From an uncultured Fibrobacteraceae bacterium (GTDB lineage: Bacteria; Krumholzibacteriota; Krumholzibacteriia; LZORAL124-64-63), in assembly GCA_964384825.1 (NCBI GenBank), contig CAYLMM010000005.1:4417-68416 (forward strand): a stretch of DNA of 64,000 nucleotides, given 5' to 3'. Positions within the stretch are counted from its first letter, which is position 1; each line of letters starts with the position of its first letter. Positions 27,581 through 38,584 of the stretch are shown here, piece after piece. The position numbers and the translations under genes were made by a program. The notes beneath the pieces were generated by a model. It saw only the letters and a list, made by a program, of their open reading frames with translations. It ran no database searches and was not told the DNA's origin.

Positions 27581-30500
27581 ATGCCGCCAACCAGCGACGC
27601 CGCGCCCCGGTTGCGTTACGTCACCGCCGCCGCCCTCTTCGACGGCCATGATGCGTCGATCAACATCATCCGCCGTCTTCTGCAGCAGTCGGGCGCCGAG
27701 GTCATCCATCTGGGCCACAACCGCTCGGTTCCGGATATCGTCCGCGCCGTCCTGCAGGAGGACGCCGACGGGGTCGCGGTCAGCAGCTACCAGGGCGGGC
27801 ACATGGATTTCTTCGGTTTCCTGGTCGATGAACTCGCCCGGCGGAACCTGGGGCGGGTGGCGGTTTTCGGAGGCGGCGGCGGGGTGATCATTCCCGAGGA
27901 GATCGCCGAGCTGGAGGCGGCCGGGGTCGAGAAGATCTATTCGCCCGAGGACGGACGCGAACTCGGACTGACGGGCATCATCGACGACATGAACGAGCGG
28001 ACGCGCCGGCGGGCGGCGGAGCCGAAGGAGATTCCCGGGTCGGCGCCGGGCGCGCCTCCGGCCGAAGACGTGGCGCTGGCCCGGATCCTGACCGCCGCCG
28101 AGAACGGCGGGCCCGGTTCCGGTGCGCGGCTCCCGGCCAATCCGCCGCCGGTGGTGGGAATCACCGGCACCGGCGGCGCCGGCAAAAGCTCGCTGACCGA
28201 CGAACTGCTGCGGCGCTACCTAGCCGCCCATCCCGATCATTCGGTGGCGGTCCTGGCGGTCGATCCCAGCAAGCGGCGCACCGGCGGCGCCCTGCTCGGC
28301 GACCGCATCCGGATGAACGCCATCCACGACGACCGGTGCTTCGTGCGGAGTTTCGCCACCAGGGGCGCCCGCGGCGAGTTGAGCCGCGCCCTGGAGCCCT
28401 GCCTCGACGAGGTTCGCCGCCGCGGCTTCGACCTCGTGCTGATCGAGACCAGCGGCATCGGCCAGGGCGATTCAGCGGTCAGCGAGATCAGCGACATCTC
28501 CCTCTACGTGATGACCCGCGAATTCGGAGCCCCGAGCCAGCTCGAGAAGATCGACATGATCGATTTCGCCGATCTGATCGTGATCAACAAGTTCGACCGT
28601 CCCGGTTCCGAGGACGCCCTGCGCGACGTCCGCAAGCAGTGGCGCCGCAGCCGGGTGGATTTCGAAACCCCGGACGACGGGCTGCCGGTCTTCGGCACCA
28701 TCGCCAGCCGTTTCGACGACGAGGGGACCAACGTCCTGTTCGCCCAGCTCGACGGCATGATCGCCGCGCGCCGCAGCGCGCGATCGGATGCGGTCCCGAC
28801 CGCCGCGGTGCCCGGGCCGAGGGCCTCGACCGCAAGGTCCGCGATCATTCCCGAGGACCGGGTCCGCTACCTGGGGGAGATCGCCGCGGCCGTGCGCCGC
28901 TATCGCGAAGAGACCGAAAGGGACGCCGAACGCGTCCGGCGCTGCGCCTCGTTGGCCAGAGCCCTGGGCGAGTTAGACGACGGCGATCGCGAGGCTCGCG
29001 CCGTCCTGGAGGCGAAGCTGGAAGCCGCCCGGGCCGCAGCGGGCGAGGCCGTCCTGGCGGAGGCCGCGTCCTGGGACGGACTGGTAGAACTGTACGGCCG
29101 CGACGAGGTCTCCGTACGCGTCCGCGACCGCGATCTCTCCTTCGAGTCGCGGTTCCGGACCCTTTCGGGAACCAGCCTGCCCAAGGTGGCTCTGCCTCGT
29201 CTCTCGGACCCGGGCGACCGCCTGCGCTGGCTGCGGATGGAGAACGTGCCGGGATCCTTCCCCTACACCGGCGGCGTCTTCCCCTTCCGGCGCACCGACG
29301 AGGATCCCAAGCGCCAGTTCGCCGGCGAAGGCTCGCCGGCCCGCACCAACCGCCGCTTCCACTACCTCTGCGACGAGGAACGAGCCAAGCGGTTGAGCAC
29401 GGCCTTCGACAGCCTGACCCTCTACGGCGAGGATCCCGACCCGCGTCCCGACATCTACGGGAAGATCGGCGAGGGCGGCGTCTCGGTCTGCACGCTCGAC
29501 GACATGAAGCGCCTCTACGCGGGTTTCGATCTATGCCACCGGAATACGAGCGTCTCGATGACCATCAACGGTCCGGCCCCGATCCTGTTGGCGATGTTCT
29601 TCCGCGCCGCCATCGACCGCCGGATCGAGCAGCGGCAGCAGGAACTCGGCCGCGATCCGGACGAGGGCGAACGCCGGACGGCGGCGGCCGAGACCCTGCG
29701 CACGGTGCGCGGCACCGTCCAGGCCGACATCCTCAAGGAGGATCAGGCCCAGAACACCTGCATCTTCGCCACCGAATTCGCCTTGCGTCTGATGGGAGAC
29801 GTCCAGGAATTCTTCATCGAAAACGGGATCCGCAACTACTATTCGGTGTCGATCAGCGGCTACCACATCGCCGAGGCGGGGGCCAACCCGATCAGCCAAC
29901 TGGCCTTCACGCTGGCCAACGGCCTGACCTACGTCGAATCCTACCTGGCGCGGGGGATGGACATCGACGACTTCGCCCCCAACCTGTCGTTCTTCTTCAG
30001 CAACGGGCTCGACGCCGAGTACACCGTCATCGGCAGGGTCGCCCGCCGCATATGGGCCGTGGCGATGCGGGACCGCTACGGGGCGGGAGAGCGCAGCCGG
30101 AAGCTGAAGTACCACATCCAGACCTCCGGCCGCTCGCTCCATGCGCAGGAGATCGATTTCAACGACATCCGCACCACCCTGCAGGCGCTGATGGCGATCC
30201 ACGACAACTGCAATTCGTTGCACACCAATTCCTACGACGAGGCGATCACCACGCCGAGCGAGGAATCGGTCCGCCGCGCGATGGCCATCCAGCTGATCAT
30301 CAATCGCGAGCTCGGCTGGGCGAAGAACGAGAATCCGCTGCAGGGGTCGGCCCTGATCGAGGAACTGACTGATCTGGTCGAAGAGGCGGTCCTGATCGAA
30401 TTCGAGAACATCTCCCGCCGCGGCGGGGTTCTCGGGGCGATGGAGACGCAGTACCAGCGCGGACGGATCCAGGAAGAAAGCCTCATCTACGAACATCTGA

Positions 30501-30811
30501 AGCATTCCGGCGAACTGCCCGTCGTCGGGGTCAACACATTCGTCAACCCCGGCGGCAGCCACGACGCTTCCCGCGATCTGACCCTGGCCCGGACCGATGC
30601 CGGCGAAAAGGACGATCGTCTGAGGGATCTGGCCGCTTTCCAGGCCCTTCACGCCGCCGAGGCCCCGGCCGCCCTGGACCGGTTGCGCGAGACGGTCCTG
30701 TCCGGCGGCAATGTCTTCTCCGAACTCCTCGAAACGGTCGGGTGCTGCTCCCTGGGGCAGATCACGCACGCTCTCTACGAAGTGGGAGGGCAGTACCGCC
30801 GGGCCATGTGA
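27581..30811 (+). CDS. icmF: fused isobutyryl-CoA mutase (B12-binding domain + MeaB-like G-protein + mutase substrate domain)
   Basis: N-terminal 'DGHDASINIIRRLLQQSGAEVIHLGHNRS' is a B12-binding DxHxxG-type domain. 'GITGTGGAGKSSLTDEL' is the MeaB P-loop. The C-terminal region is the methylmalonyl-CoA mutase catalytic fold. Total 1076 aa. GGGAGGAACC precedes ATG 27581. Confidence 0.75.
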   Translation: MPPTSDAAPRLRYVTAAALFDGHDASINIIRRLLQQSGAEVIHLGHNRSVPDIVRAVLQEDADGVAVSSYQGGHMDFFGFLVDELARRNLGRVAVFGGGGGVIIPEEIAELEAAGVEKIYSPEDGRELGLTGIIDDMNERTRRRAAEPKEIPGSAPGAPPAEDVALARILTAAENGGPGSGARLPANPPPVVGITGTGGAGKSSLTDELLRRYLAAHPDHSVAVLAVDPSKRRTGGALLGDRIRMNAIHDDRCFVRSFATRGARGELSRALEPCLDEVRRRGFDLVLIETSGIGQGDSAVSEISDISLYVMTREFGAPSQLEKIDMIDFADLIVINKFDRPGSEDALRDVRKQWRRSRVDFETPDDGLPVFGTIASRFDDEGTNVLFAQLDGMIAARRSARSDAVPTAAVPGPRASTARSAIIPEDRVRYLGEIAAAVRRYREETERDAERVRRCASLARALGELDDGDREARAVLEAKLEAARAAAGEAVLAEAASWDGLVELYGRDEVSVRVRDRDLSFESRFRTLSGTSLPKVALPRLSDPGDRLRWLRMENVPGSFPYTGGVFPFRRTDEDPKRQFAGEGSPARTNRRFHYLCDEERAKRLSTAFDSLTLYGEDPDPRPDIYGKIGEGGVSVCTLDDMKRLYAGFDLCHRNTSVSMTINGPAPILLAMFFRAAIDRRIEQRQQELGRDPDEGERRTAAAETLRTVRGTVQADILKEDQAQNTCIFATEFALRLMGDVQEFFIENGIRNYYSVSISGYHIAEAGANPISQLAFTLANGLTYVESYLARGMDIDDFAPNLSFFFSNGLDAEYTVIGRVARRIWAVAMRDRYGAGERSRKLKYHIQTSGRSLHAQEIDFNDIRTTLQALMAIHDNCNSLHTNSYDEAITTPSEESVRRAMAIQLIINRELGWAKNENPLQGSALIEELTDLVEEAVLIEFENISRRGGVLGAMETQYQRGRIQEESLIYEHLKHSGELPVVGVNTFVNPGGSHDASRDLTLARTDAGEKDDRLRDLAAFQALHAAEAPAALDRLRETVLSGGNVFSELLETVGCCSLGQITHALYEVGGQYRRAM

Positions 30812-30984
30812 TCAGGAGACGGTCTCGTAAAATTGCACCGGTGTTGCGTTTGAGATTTGACATTAAGAGTCCGCTTTTTCATCTTACGATAATCGCCGGC
30901 CGGAGGCGGGAGAAGCGCACAGGGGGGGAGGAGCCCGGTCAGTGCCAGCGCATCAATGATCGTACGACCTCAAGGAAGGGCCCA

Positions 30985-31383
30985 ATGCTTCAGATCACTC
31001 GCCAGACCGAGTACGCCATCCGCGGCTTGATGGAACTTGCCGAACGGGATTCCAGTGCGCCCGTGCGCCTCAAATCCCTCGCCGAGGCCTGCGAAGTTTC
31101 CGAGGCGTTCCTCGCCAAGATCTTCCAGATGCTCTCCCAGCACAACATCGTGAAATCCCATCGCGGAGTTAAAGGTGGATTCTCCATCGGGCGCAGCCCC
31201 GAAGAGATCACCCTGCTGGAGATCGTCGATATCTGCGAAGGCGGTATTTCCCTGAATCACTGCCTGCGCAAGGTGGATCCCTGCAACCGCATCGAGAACT
31301 GCAAGATGAGCAACGTATGGGCGACGGCCCAGAAGGGGCTGGTCTCGGCCCTGGAGGGAACCTCGCTGCAGGACCTGCTCTGA
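30985..31383 (+). CDS. Rrf2-family transcriptional regulator (IscR/NsrR-like, three-Cys cluster site)
   Basis: The N-terminal wHTH 'LQITRQTEYAIRGLMELA' is a typical Rrf2 N-terminus. 'CLRKVDPCNRIENC' is a C-x7-C-x5-C Fe-S ligand pattern. Confidence 0.75.
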   Translation: MLQITRQTEYAIRGLMELAERDSSAPVRLKSLAEACEVSEAFLAKIFQMLSQHNIVKSHRGVKGGFSIGRSPEEITLLEIVDICEGGISLNHCLRKVDPCNRIENCKMSNVWATAQKGLVSALEGTSLQDLL

Positions 31384-31435
31384 TCCTTCCCGATCTGACG
31401 CAGGTGAATCCCGTTGATTCCGGTGCCGGCCGGCG

Positions 31436-32503
<1,068 letters not shown>

Positions 32504-32679
32504 GCTTCCTCGTTTCGGTTCGGCGACGGCGCGGCGCGCGCCCCGCATCGGGCCTTGACACTCCGGCGAGCAGACGTGCAAAGTTGCAGCGAGCCGTCCG
32601 GGACCGTCGCTGAAGAAATAGCGCGCCCCGGAGCCCGGCGCAAGGGGATCCCCGGCCGACACGAACGGAGGCACAAGCG

Positions 32680-34041
<1,362 letters not shown>

Positions 34042-34224
34042 ACGCAACAGGTCGTGAAGGGATTGACAGGTGGTATCCTGCACCCTAGTTTGATAGAATA
34101 TCAGAGGGAGGGACTCCTCGTCCCCCAGATGAATCCGTCCTCCTGGAGGATGGACAGATCCCGAGCGATCGGGAGCCGGTTTCGAGAGCGTGTACAGTGC
34201 ACGTTCGTTACTACGGAGAGGGAA

Positions 34225-34548
34225 ATGAAGAAAGCATTATGTGCCATGACGATGGTCACTCTGGTGCTTCTTCCCGCTTTGGTGGCGACGCCCGCCTTCG
34301 CTTCCCCTGCCGTCCAGGTGATCAACCCGACAACCCAGACGTGCCCGCCGTCGATCGATGACTCCATCGACGGCCCGCAAGAGTACGGTCTGGACGGAGA
34401 TCCGGACGATGCCATCATCGGCAACAAGGGCAAACCCGTCATTAACAACACCAGTGGTGTGGTTTTGCCGCAGGGGATGCTGATCAACGAATTGCTGGAT
34501 TGCCTGTACGGCATGGCAGCCAGCATCGTGCAGGCGGTCGCCTTGTAG
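34225..34548 (+). CDS. small secreted Cys-containing protein (107 aa), low-GC relative to the genome
   Basis: GGAGAGGGAA RBS. Signal peptide 'MKKALCAMTMVTLVLLPALVATPAFA'. The mature ~80 aa is acidic ('DGPQEYGLDGDPDD') with two Cys. Local GC is clearly lower than in the flanking genes. Confidence 0.45.
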   Translation: MKKALCAMTMVTLVLLPALVATPAFASPAVQVINPTTQTCPPSIDDSIDGPQEYGLDGDPDDAIIGNKGKPVINNTSGVVLPQGMLINELLDCLYGMAASIVQAVAL

Positions 34549-34566
34549 AATCCTCTTCGGAGGATT
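34549..34566 (+). other. perfect 7-bp hairpin with TTCG tetraloop immediately after the stop of the small secreted gene
   Basis: 'aatcctc-ttcg-gaggatt' begins 1 nt after TAG 34546-34548. No U-tract follows directly; a T7 run sits about 38 nt downstream at 34604-34610. Confidence 0.4.
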
Positions 34567-34646
34567 CCGGGCTGAAGCTGCGCCTGGGGCAGAGAACAAC
34601 AAGCGGATCGTTTTTTTGCCCACCTACTCGCCAGGGGACAAAAACG

Positions 34647-37600
34647 ATGAGTGACAACATCGAAGGCCGCAAACGCAAGGACGCCGATCGTTCGGTGCCT
34701 CGAATTGTGCGTGGCGGCGGGGACCTCGACCGGCTCGAAGAGATCGGGGACCTGCATTTCGAAGCTTCCGCCTTTTCTTCCGCGCTGGAGTATTACCAGC
34801 GTTTGCTGGATGCCGCCCGTTACGATCTCATCGATCCCGCCCGTTCCCTCGGCATTCTGCGCAAGAGCATAGACGCCGCCCTGAACCTGGGCGATCATGC
34901 CCTGGCCGAGGGCCTGCTGGCCCGCGCCTCCGATTTCGCCGGTCCGGATTCCGACCTCGATTCCGAGGACCGCATGATGCTGCTGGCCCCGATCATGGGC
35001 CGCCGGGCCGGTCTGCTGGCCAATCGCAGTTCCTACGCCAAGGCCCTGCAGCTCGCCAAACACGCCTTCGCGGTGCTGGCCATCACCGACGACCACAAGG
35101 AAGTGGCCAACCTCCAGGTCACCATGGGCGTCTGCCACCAGCGCCTGGGCCGCCCCGGCAAGGCCGAGGAATTCTACACCGACGCCCTGGCCACCTTCCG
35201 CCGAATCGGCGATGAGCTGGGCACGGCCATCCTCTACAACAACCTCGCCCTGCTGCAGAAGAACAGCTGCCGCTGGGACCGCGCGCTGCAGCTCCAGGAG
35301 AAGGCCGTCGCCGTGGCCCGCCGCCACGGGGCGACCCATCTGCTCTCGCGCCTCTACCTCAACGAGGGCATCATCCTGCGCAAGACCGGCCGTCTGGGCG
35401 AGGCTCGGGCCAGTCTCGAGAAATGTCTCCGGCTGTCGCGCAGCCTGGGCGACATCGCCCGCCAGACCAAGGCTTCCCTGGCCCTCGGATATCTCGAACT
35501 CGAAGAGGGGCACCAGGCCCGGGCCGAGGAGATGATCATCGCCGGCAAGACGCTGGCCGAAGAGGGCGGCTTCGTTCGCGAGGCCACCATCGCCGACGAG
35601 TATCTCGGCGACATCCTGCTTTCCCGCGGCGAGATCGACAAGGCGCTCTACAATTACCAGCTGGGCCTGCGCAAGACCCAGGTGATCGGCAAGGTGACCG
35701 ATCTCGAGGGCGAACTTCTTCGCCGCAGCGCCGAGGCCTACCGACTGCGCGGCGAGATCGACGAAGCCATCTCCACCGGCCAGGCGGCTGTCGCGGTCTG
35801 CGAATCCTGCGGCGAGGAATACGAACTCGGATTCTGTTTCCGGACCCTGGGCCAGGCCTTCACCGAAGCCGGCGAGTTCTCCGAGGCCGACCGTTATTTC
35901 CGCGATTCGATCGGACAGTTCCGCCAGCAGAATCTCCAGGCCGAGATCAGCCGTTCGGTCCTGGCGTTCCTCGAAGCCCGGCTCCCGAGCGCCGGCCGGT
36001 CCGAACTGCTGCTGCTGCGCCGGTATCTGGTCGAGGCCATCGAACGCCGCGTGTCCGATGACGCTCTGCTGCGCGGCCTCCATCGCGGTCTGGCCGAGAT
36101 CCAGCTGCGGCTGGGACAATTCGAAGAGGCGCTGCTGACGGTGGCGGAACTCGATCGTCTCAGCGTTGGCGGTTCCGTCGGCGCGGAAGAGGACGAGGTC
36201 GCCGTTCTGCGCCAGCGCATCGAAAAGCGTCTTGCCGGAGACCTGTCCTCCGCCAAGGAGCATATGGAAGCCATGACCGCGGTTCCCGGCCTGGTCGAAG
36301 GGGAGGAGATCGCGGCCCAGAGCCTGGCGTCCATCCTGAAATCCGGACTGGCCAAGACGGGGGGCGATTCGGGCTTCCTTGCCCTGCGCCGGGCCGATTC
36401 CCGGATCGAAGTGATCGCGGCCGAAGGCGTTTCCGGCGGTTCGGCGGCGTCCTTGGCCGGTTGGTACTCGGACCGCTCCGGACATGATGATCCTGTCGCT
36501 CCCTTGGTCATGACCCGGATCGAGCCGGACAGCGAATTGGCCGTCGCGATCCCCGCGCTCGCCGATCTGGCGGACAGCTGCGTTTTCCTGCCCGTGACCC
36601 ATGAAGGCGTCGATTACGGCGTCCTGTTCCTGGCCAAGCGGAATTCCTCCGGCGCTCGAGCCTCGTTCTCCCGCGCCTCCCTGGAGTTCCTGACCGCCTA
36701 TCTCGGCTTCCTGGGCGTTTTCCTCGCCGCGGTGCCCGGTCGCCGTTCGAACGCCTCGCCGATCCCGATCGAGGAACGGGAATGCTTCGAGAACATCATC
36801 ACAGGCGACGAGCTGATGCTCGAACTGCTCGGTTTGATCCGCAAGGTCGCACCGAGCGAATTGACCGTCCTGCTGCACGGCGAGACGGGCACCGGCAAGG
36901 GGCTGCTCGCCTATGCCATCCACGCGCTGAGTTCTCGCAAGGACGACAGGTTCCTGGCGGTCAACTGCGCGGCCATTCCCGAATCGCTGCTCGAAAGCGA
37001 ACTGTTCGGCCATGTCCGGGGCAGCTTCACCGGTGCGGTCGCGGACAAGGCGGGCCTGCTGGTCGAGGCCGAGGGCGGAACCCTCTTCCTCGATGAGATC
37101 GGGAAGATGCCGCTGGCCATGCAGGGCAAGCTCCTGCACTTCCTCGACACCAAGGTCGTCCGCCCGGTGGGATCGAACATCGAACGGCGGGTGGATGTCC
37201 GCATCATCTGCGCGACCAAGGGCGATCTCCAGGAAATGGCGACCCGCGGCGACTTCCTCGAGGATCTCTACTACCGGCTGCTCGATTTCCCGCTGCGCGT
37301 GCCGCCCCTGCGCGAGCGTCCCGAGGATATCCGGTTGCTGGTCCAGCACTTCATCGCCCGCTTCGCCGCCGAACTGGGGCGTTCGGTCCCGGGCTTCACT
37401 TCCGCCGTGGCCGCGGCTCTCCAGAATTACCTCTGGCCGGGCAATGTTCGCGAACTCGAGAAGTGTCTGCGCCGCGCCATCGTACTGTCGCAGGACGACG
37501 ACATGCTCCGGCTCTCCCATCTGCCCGCCGAGATCGCGGGCGTCGGAGTCGAGAGCGGCGACCCGGCCCGCGTCGCGCCGTTGCGGGAAACCCTCAGCGC

Positions 37601-37733
37601 TGTCGAAAGCCGCGAGATAGCTGCGGCTTTGCGCGCGTCGGGCGGCAACAAGTCCGAAGCCGGACGCATGCTCGGCATCAGCTACCCCAGCCTGCTCAGA
37701 AAGATCCGCCTCTACGGGATCACTTCCGACTGA
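34647..37733 (+). CDS. large sigma-54 enhancer-binding protein: N-terminal TPR array + GAF-like domain + sigma-54 AAA+ + HTH (no receiver domain)
   Basis: About 700 aa of TPR-like repeats, followed by 'LLHGETGTGKGLLAYAIH', 'ESELFGHVRGSFTGA' (GAFTGA) and a C-terminal Fis-type HTH 'GGNKSEAGRMLGISYPSLLRKI'. 1028 aa. The antisense ORF 34101..37955 is an artefact. Confidence 0.75.
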   Translation: MSDNIEGRKRKDADRSVPRIVRGGGDLDRLEEIGDLHFEASAFSSALEYYQRLLDAARYDLIDPARSLGILRKSIDAALNLGDHALAEGLLARASDFAGPDSDLDSEDRMMLLAPIMGRRAGLLANRSSYAKALQLAKHAFAVLAITDDHKEVANLQVTMGVCHQRLGRPGKAEEFYTDALATFRRIGDELGTAILYNNLALLQKNSCRWDRALQLQEKAVAVARRHGATHLLSRLYLNEGIILRKTGRLGEARASLEKCLRLSRSLGDIARQTKASLALGYLELEEGHQARAEEMIIAGKTLAEEGGFVREATIADEYLGDILLSRGEIDKALYNYQLGLRKTQVIGKVTDLEGELLRRSAEAYRLRGEIDEAISTGQAAVAVCESCGEEYELGFCFRTLGQAFTEAGEFSEADRYFRDSIGQFRQQNLQAEISRSVLAFLEARLPSAGRSELLLLRRYLVEAIERRVSDDALLRGLHRGLAEIQLRLGQFEEALLTVAELDRLSVGGSVGAEEDEVAVLRQRIEKRLAGDLSSAKEHMEAMTAVPGLVEGEEIAAQSLASILKSGLAKTGGDSGFLALRRADSRIEVIAAEGVSGGSAASLAGWYSDRSGHDDPVAPLVMTRIEPDSELAVAIPALADLADSCVFLPVTHEGVDYGVLFLAKRNSSGARASFSRASLEFLTAYLGFLGVFLAAVPGRRSNASPIPIEERECFENIITGDELMLELLGLIRKVAPSELTVLLHGETGTGKGLLAYAIHALSSRKDDRFLAVNCAAIPESLLESELFGHVRGSFTGAVADKAGLLVEAEGGTLFLDEIGKMPLAMQGKLLHFLDTKVVRPVGSNIERRVDVRIICATKGDLQEMATRGDFLEDLYYRLLDFPLRVPPLRERPEDIRLLVQHFIARFAAELGRSVPGFTSAVAAALQNYLWPGNVRELEKCLRRAIVLSQDDDMLRLSHLPAEIAGVGVESGDPARVAPLRETLSAVESREIAAALRASGGNKSEAGRMLGISYPSLLRKIRLYGITSD

Positions 37734-37944
37734 TCCATTGCTCCTTTTTTGATTATCCCCGCCAGGACTGTAAAATTTTTTAATAATCCAACTTGTTGCA
37801 TACCAGGGCTTTACGTTTTTCACCCCCGGAGCTGTAAATGATTGTGATAATTTACGCGATTCCGCTTGCCGGCGACGATGCCGCCTTGCTATGTAACTCG
37901 TTGTCAGAAAGCAAGTTGCAATTATGTTAATAGTCTTCTGCTTC

Positions 37945-37960
37945 TGGTACGGCACCTGCT
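37945..37960 (+). promoter_or_regulatory. sigma-54-like -24/-12 element TGGTAC-N5-cTGCT (candidate)
   Basis: GG at 37946-47 and GC at 37958-59 with the canonical 10-nt spacing. 5/6 and 4/5 matches to TGGCAC-N5-TTGCW. It lies inside the 850-bp low-GC non-coding island. Confidence 0.3.
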
Positions 37961-38519
37961 GTAATCGAACCAGGAAGGGACCAGTTGCAGGGAACTTCTG
38001 GTTCTGGACAGGTTGCTGGGAATTTCGGGAATCCAGGAGGTGAATCGGGTTCGTTCTCCATGTGCTGACCGGCTGAGTGGAGATGTTTCATCGAGTAGTA
38101 TCCGCAGCGCGGTGGTCGAGAGGTGGGGTCCCGGTCATCGATGACAGTGGATGTGGAAACAATGAATCCGATTCGCGTTCTCCCTCTTAGAGGGTCCTGA
38201 AATTCCCAGCCCCGACACACCGAGATCTTCTGGAAAGAGCCTTTCCGTTCTTGAAATGGCGAGATTCAAGAACGGTCCAGCCATTGCGGGGCGGGCTCTT
38301 TCCTTCTTTTCCCCCTGGAATTTCCTCTTCGTTTTTCAGCGTCCCCTTCTGGGGAACGGGTTGCCCAATGGGGGACACAATCCGCTTTGCGGGAGACGTG
38401 TCAGGTGGGCTCCGTGTTGCGACCCATCCAACCCTGGTGTATTATTAATGCATTGAAAAATAATCTCTTACAGCTCAGTCTGGCTGGATTCCCCTGCGCG
38501 GCGTACTCTCGGGGATGAA

Positions 38520-38536
38520 CGGCACGGACCATGCGT
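38520..38536 (+). promoter_or_regulatory. sigma-54-like -24/-12 element cGGCACG-N4-aTGCg about 50 nt upstream of ATG 38585 (candidate)
   Basis: GG at 38521-22 and GC at 38533-34 with 10-nt spacing. GGCACG matches the -24 core. It is followed by a 45-nt leader with an AGGAG RBS. Confidence 0.35.
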
Positions 38537-38584
38537 AATGGTAATCGGGCAAACAAGAGCACGCTTCAGACAGGAGTTTCTGGC

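Noticed and set aside
30840-30870. 'TTGCAC-cggtg-TTGCG' resembling a sigma-54 box upstream of the Rrf2 gene
   Set aside because: It lacks the invariant GG dinucleotide at -24 (TG instead). It is more likely part of a palindromic operator (GCACCGGTG) for the Rrf2 regulator itself.
34055-34095. Possible sigma-54 promoter 'caGGtggtatcctGCac' upstream of the small secreted gene
   Set aside because: The GG-to-GC spacing is 9 nt rather than 10 and the -24 hexamer is poor (TGGTAT). The same stretch fits a sigma-70 TTGACA-N17-TAGTTT at least as well.
34101-37955. 1284-aa minus-strand ORF covering the sigma-54 activator region
   Set aside because: It is antisense to a strongly supported TPR-GAF-sigma54 CDS and is low-complexity with no RBS. 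It is a GC artefact.
37924-38043. 39-codon Cys/Trp-rich micro-ORF in the low-GC island
   Set aside because: It has no Shine-Dalgarno sequence, contains rare codons (TTA, ATA, AGG AGG), and overlaps the sigma-54-like element. It is kept only as a possibility inside the ncRNA / non-coding island finding.
37927-38456. Small ORFs 37927..38220(-), 38187..38378(-), 38251..38448(+), 38256..38456(+)
   Set aside because: They are mutually overlapping, have no RBS, and their products lack signal or TM regions or motifs. The region is better explained as regulatory or non-coding.
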